Below the pieces are notes generated by a model. That model worked only from the letters and a program-made list of their open reading frames with translations, ran no database searches and was not told where the DNA came from. Positions 35,267-36,881 of a stretch of 36,881 nt of DNA are shown in pieces. Positions within the stretch are counted from its first letter, which is position 1, and each line of letters starts with the position of its first letter. Position numbers and translations under genes: made by a program. This stretch comes from an uncultured virus (IMG/VR IMGVR_UViG_3300013823_000004) (lineage: Duplodnaviria > Heunggongvirae > Uroviricota > Caudoviricetes), in IMG/VR virus record IMGVR_UViG_3300013823_000004. One strand, given 5' to 3'.

Positions 35267-36614
35267 GCCGATCCGCTACCTGTCCCTGTTCTCCGGTATG
35301 GAGGCTGCGCATCTGGCCTGGGCGCCGCTGGGCTGGGAGTGCGTCGCCGTCGCCGAGATCGAACCAGCGGCCTGCGCACTGCTGGCGCACCGGCTGCCGC
35401 ATGTCCCGAACCTGGGCAGCGTCACCGACATCACCGCCGAGAAGATCGCGGCGCTCGGACACATCGACGTCGTGATCGGCGGCAGCCCGTGCCAAGACCT
35501 GTCGGTCGCCGGCAAGCGCGCCGGGCTGGCTGGAGCGCGCTCTGGCCTGTTCCATGAACAACTGAGGATCTTCAATGCAGCAAGGACTCTTTGCGGCGCT
35601 CGCTGGCTCGTGTGGGAGAACGTCCCCGGCGCCTTCAGCATCAACCAGGGACGAGACTTTGCTGTCGTGGTTGGCGCGCTCGCAGGATGCGAGCTCAATG
35701 TCCCGCCGGACGGCTGGGGGAGCGAGGGCGTGGCGCTGGGCGACAACGGGCTCGTCGAATGGAGCGTGCTTGACGCGCAGTGGTTCGGAGTGGCGCAGCG
35801 GCGCCGTCGCGTGTTCGCTGTCCTCGATACTGGAGACTGGGCCGGTAGACCCCCGGTACTACTTGAGCCCGACAGCCTGCGCGGGGATTCTGCGCCGCGC
35901 CGAGAAGCGGGGGAAGGTATTACCGGAACCCTTAGCGCTCGCACTTCAGGCGGTGGCGGACTCGGCACGGACTTCGACATCCAAGGCGGCTTAGTTCCTG
36001 ACGTTGCGCCGACGCTGCTGGCCCAGGGCAATCGCACTGGCGGGGATCGCCCGCCAGGTACCTCTGTGGACACATGCGAGTCGCTGATACCTGAAGTCGC
36101 TCACACCCTCCGCGTAGATGGCTTCGACGCCAGCGAAGACGGCACAGGACGGGGTACGCCGCTGGTGCCGGTGCTGCCGTTCGACACGACGCAGATCACA
36201 TCGGCGACCAATGGGAGCAGCCCCAAGCTGGGCGATCCATGCCATCCGCTTTGCGCTGGCGCGCATGCGCCTGCTATCGCATTCGACTGCAAGGCCAGCG
36301 GCCAGGCTGGCTTTGGCGTTGGCGACATCGCCAGCACGATGCGCAGCATGGACCATGCCGACAGCCACCAGAACGGGGGCGGCCACTTGGCAGTGCAGCA
36401 AGGCATGCAGGTCCGCCGCCTCACCCCGCGCGAGTGCGAGCGGCTGCAGGGCGCCCCCGACGACTGGACGCTGGTGCCGAACGTCAAGGGCAAGCCCATG
36501 GCCGACGGCCCGCGCTACAGGATGCTGGGCAACAGCTTCGCGGTCCCGGTGATCCGCTGGATCGGTCAGCGCATCCAGATCGCCCATACCTGGCTGCTGA
36601 GGGCTGCAGCATGA
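35259..36614 (+). CDS. C5-cytosine DNA methyltransferase
   Basis: Motifs I (SLFSG), IV (GGSPCQD), VI (WENVPG), VIII (QRRRRVF), IX (RRLTPRECERLQG), X (RY.MLGNS). Confidence 0.95.
   Translation: MREPIRYLSLFSGMEAAHLAWAPLGWECVAVAEIEPAACALLAHRLPHVPNLGSVTDITAEKIAALGHIDVVIGGSPCQDLSVAGKRAGLAGARSGLFHEQLRIFNAARTLCGARWLVWENVPGAFSINQGRDFAVVVGALAGCELNVPPDGWGSEGVALGDNGLVEWSVLDAQWFGVAQRRRRVFAVLDTGDWAGRPPVLLEPDSLRGDSAPRREAGEGITGTLSARTSGGGGLGTDFDIQGGLVPDVAPTLLAQGNRTGGDRPPGTSVDTCESLIPEVAHTLRVDGFDASEDGTGRGTPLVPVLPFDTTQITSATNGSSPKLGDPCHPLCAGAHAPAIAFDCKASGQAGFGVGDIASTMRSMDHADSHQNGGGHLAVQQGMQVRRLTPRECERLQGAPDDWTLVPNVKGKPMADGPRYRMLGNSFAVPVIRWIGQRIQIAHTWLLRAAA
35575..35994 (+). CDS. Nested alternative-frame ORF, putative methyltransferase beta-like subunit
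   Basis: GAGGA RBS 6 nt before ATG; EW.S....CSLSSILETG.V..RYYLSP.ACAGILRRAEKRGK.LP. Confidence 0.65.
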   Translation: MQQGLFAALAGSCGRTSPAPSASTRDETLLSWLARSQDASSMSRRTAGGARAWRWATTGSSNGACLTRSGSEWRSGAVACSLSSILETGPVDPRYYLSPTACAGILRRAEKRGKVLPEPLALALQAVADSARTSTSKAA

Positions 36615-36647
36615 CTCCCAACCTGCAATGCAATGGAGGTAGCCGAC

Positions 36648-36881
36648 ATGGCTGACGAGATCGCCCTGTGGCCACTGAAGGAGGTCAAGCTCCGGGTCGG
36701 CCTCAGCACGGCCACGATCTACCGGATGATGGCCAAGGGCCTGTTCCCGAAGCCGCGCAAGATCGGCACGAAATCGCTGTGGTTCTCGCCGGAGATCGAG
36801 GAATTCATCCTCGCCGTTGCGGCCGGCAAACCATGGTCCCCGAACATGGGGCAAAACATGGGGCAAGACCTCGCGGCATGA
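36648..36881 (+). CDS. alpA: AlpA-family excisionase/regulator
   Basis: LKEV..RVGLS.ATIYR.M..G.FPKP.KIG....W...EI; GGAGGT RBS. Confidence 0.9.
   Translation: MADEIALWPLKEVKLRVGLSTATIYRMMAKGLFPKPRKIGTKSLWFSPEIEEFILAVAAGKPWSPNMGQNMGQDLAA
36843..36866 (+). repeat. Tandem 12-bp direct repeat, candidate integrase arm-type sites
   Basis: AACATGGGGCAA twice at the 3' end of alpA. Confidence 0.55.

Larger units (their letters stand above)
1..36881. mobile_element. Lambdoid temperate prophage (siphovirus, HK97-type head), incomplete at the left edge
   Basis: Canonical gene order tail-head-terminase-lysis-Q-nin-replication-cII-cro-cI-early left-xis across the whole window. Confidence 0.97.

Noticed and set aside
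1..36881. CRISPR array, reverse transcriptase/DGR, IS element, integrase
   Set aside because: No spaced repeat array, RT motifs, template/variable repeat pair, transposase or tyrosine/serine recombinase ORF seen by eye in the window

Overview
The window is most of a high-GC temperate lambdoid (siphovirus-type) prophage; a Xanthomonadaceae-like host is my inference from composition and protein style only. The minus strand carries cro/cII, replication (O-like initiator, DnaB), a nin region (NinB, HTH, Ref-like nuclease, RuvC-like resolvase, Q-like antiterminator), lysis (GH19 endolysin, putative holin, Rz/Rz1), packaging (HNH, TerS, TerL), an HK97-type head and a non-contractile tail with fibre genes. 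The plus strand carries cI, dinD and the early-left operon (ERF/YqaJ recombination, two DNA methyltransferases, AlpA-type excisionase). The immunity switch is readable: five GTCTAG-N4-CTAGAC operators over twin promoters. No integrase or att core is visible; the tail module is cut at the left edge. Most notable observations: (1) a nested alternative-frame gene inside the C5 methyltransferase resembling the M.EcoHK31I beta subunit; (2) several antisense accessory genes each spanned by a translationally coupled 'bridge' ORF on the operon strand; (3) a signal-peptide-like leader on the major capsid protein; (4) DinD in the rex position; (5) a 34-aa antisense membrane peptide under Rz; (6) a hairpin array with CUCCCC loops. 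All assignments come from reading motifs and gene order; no database search was run.
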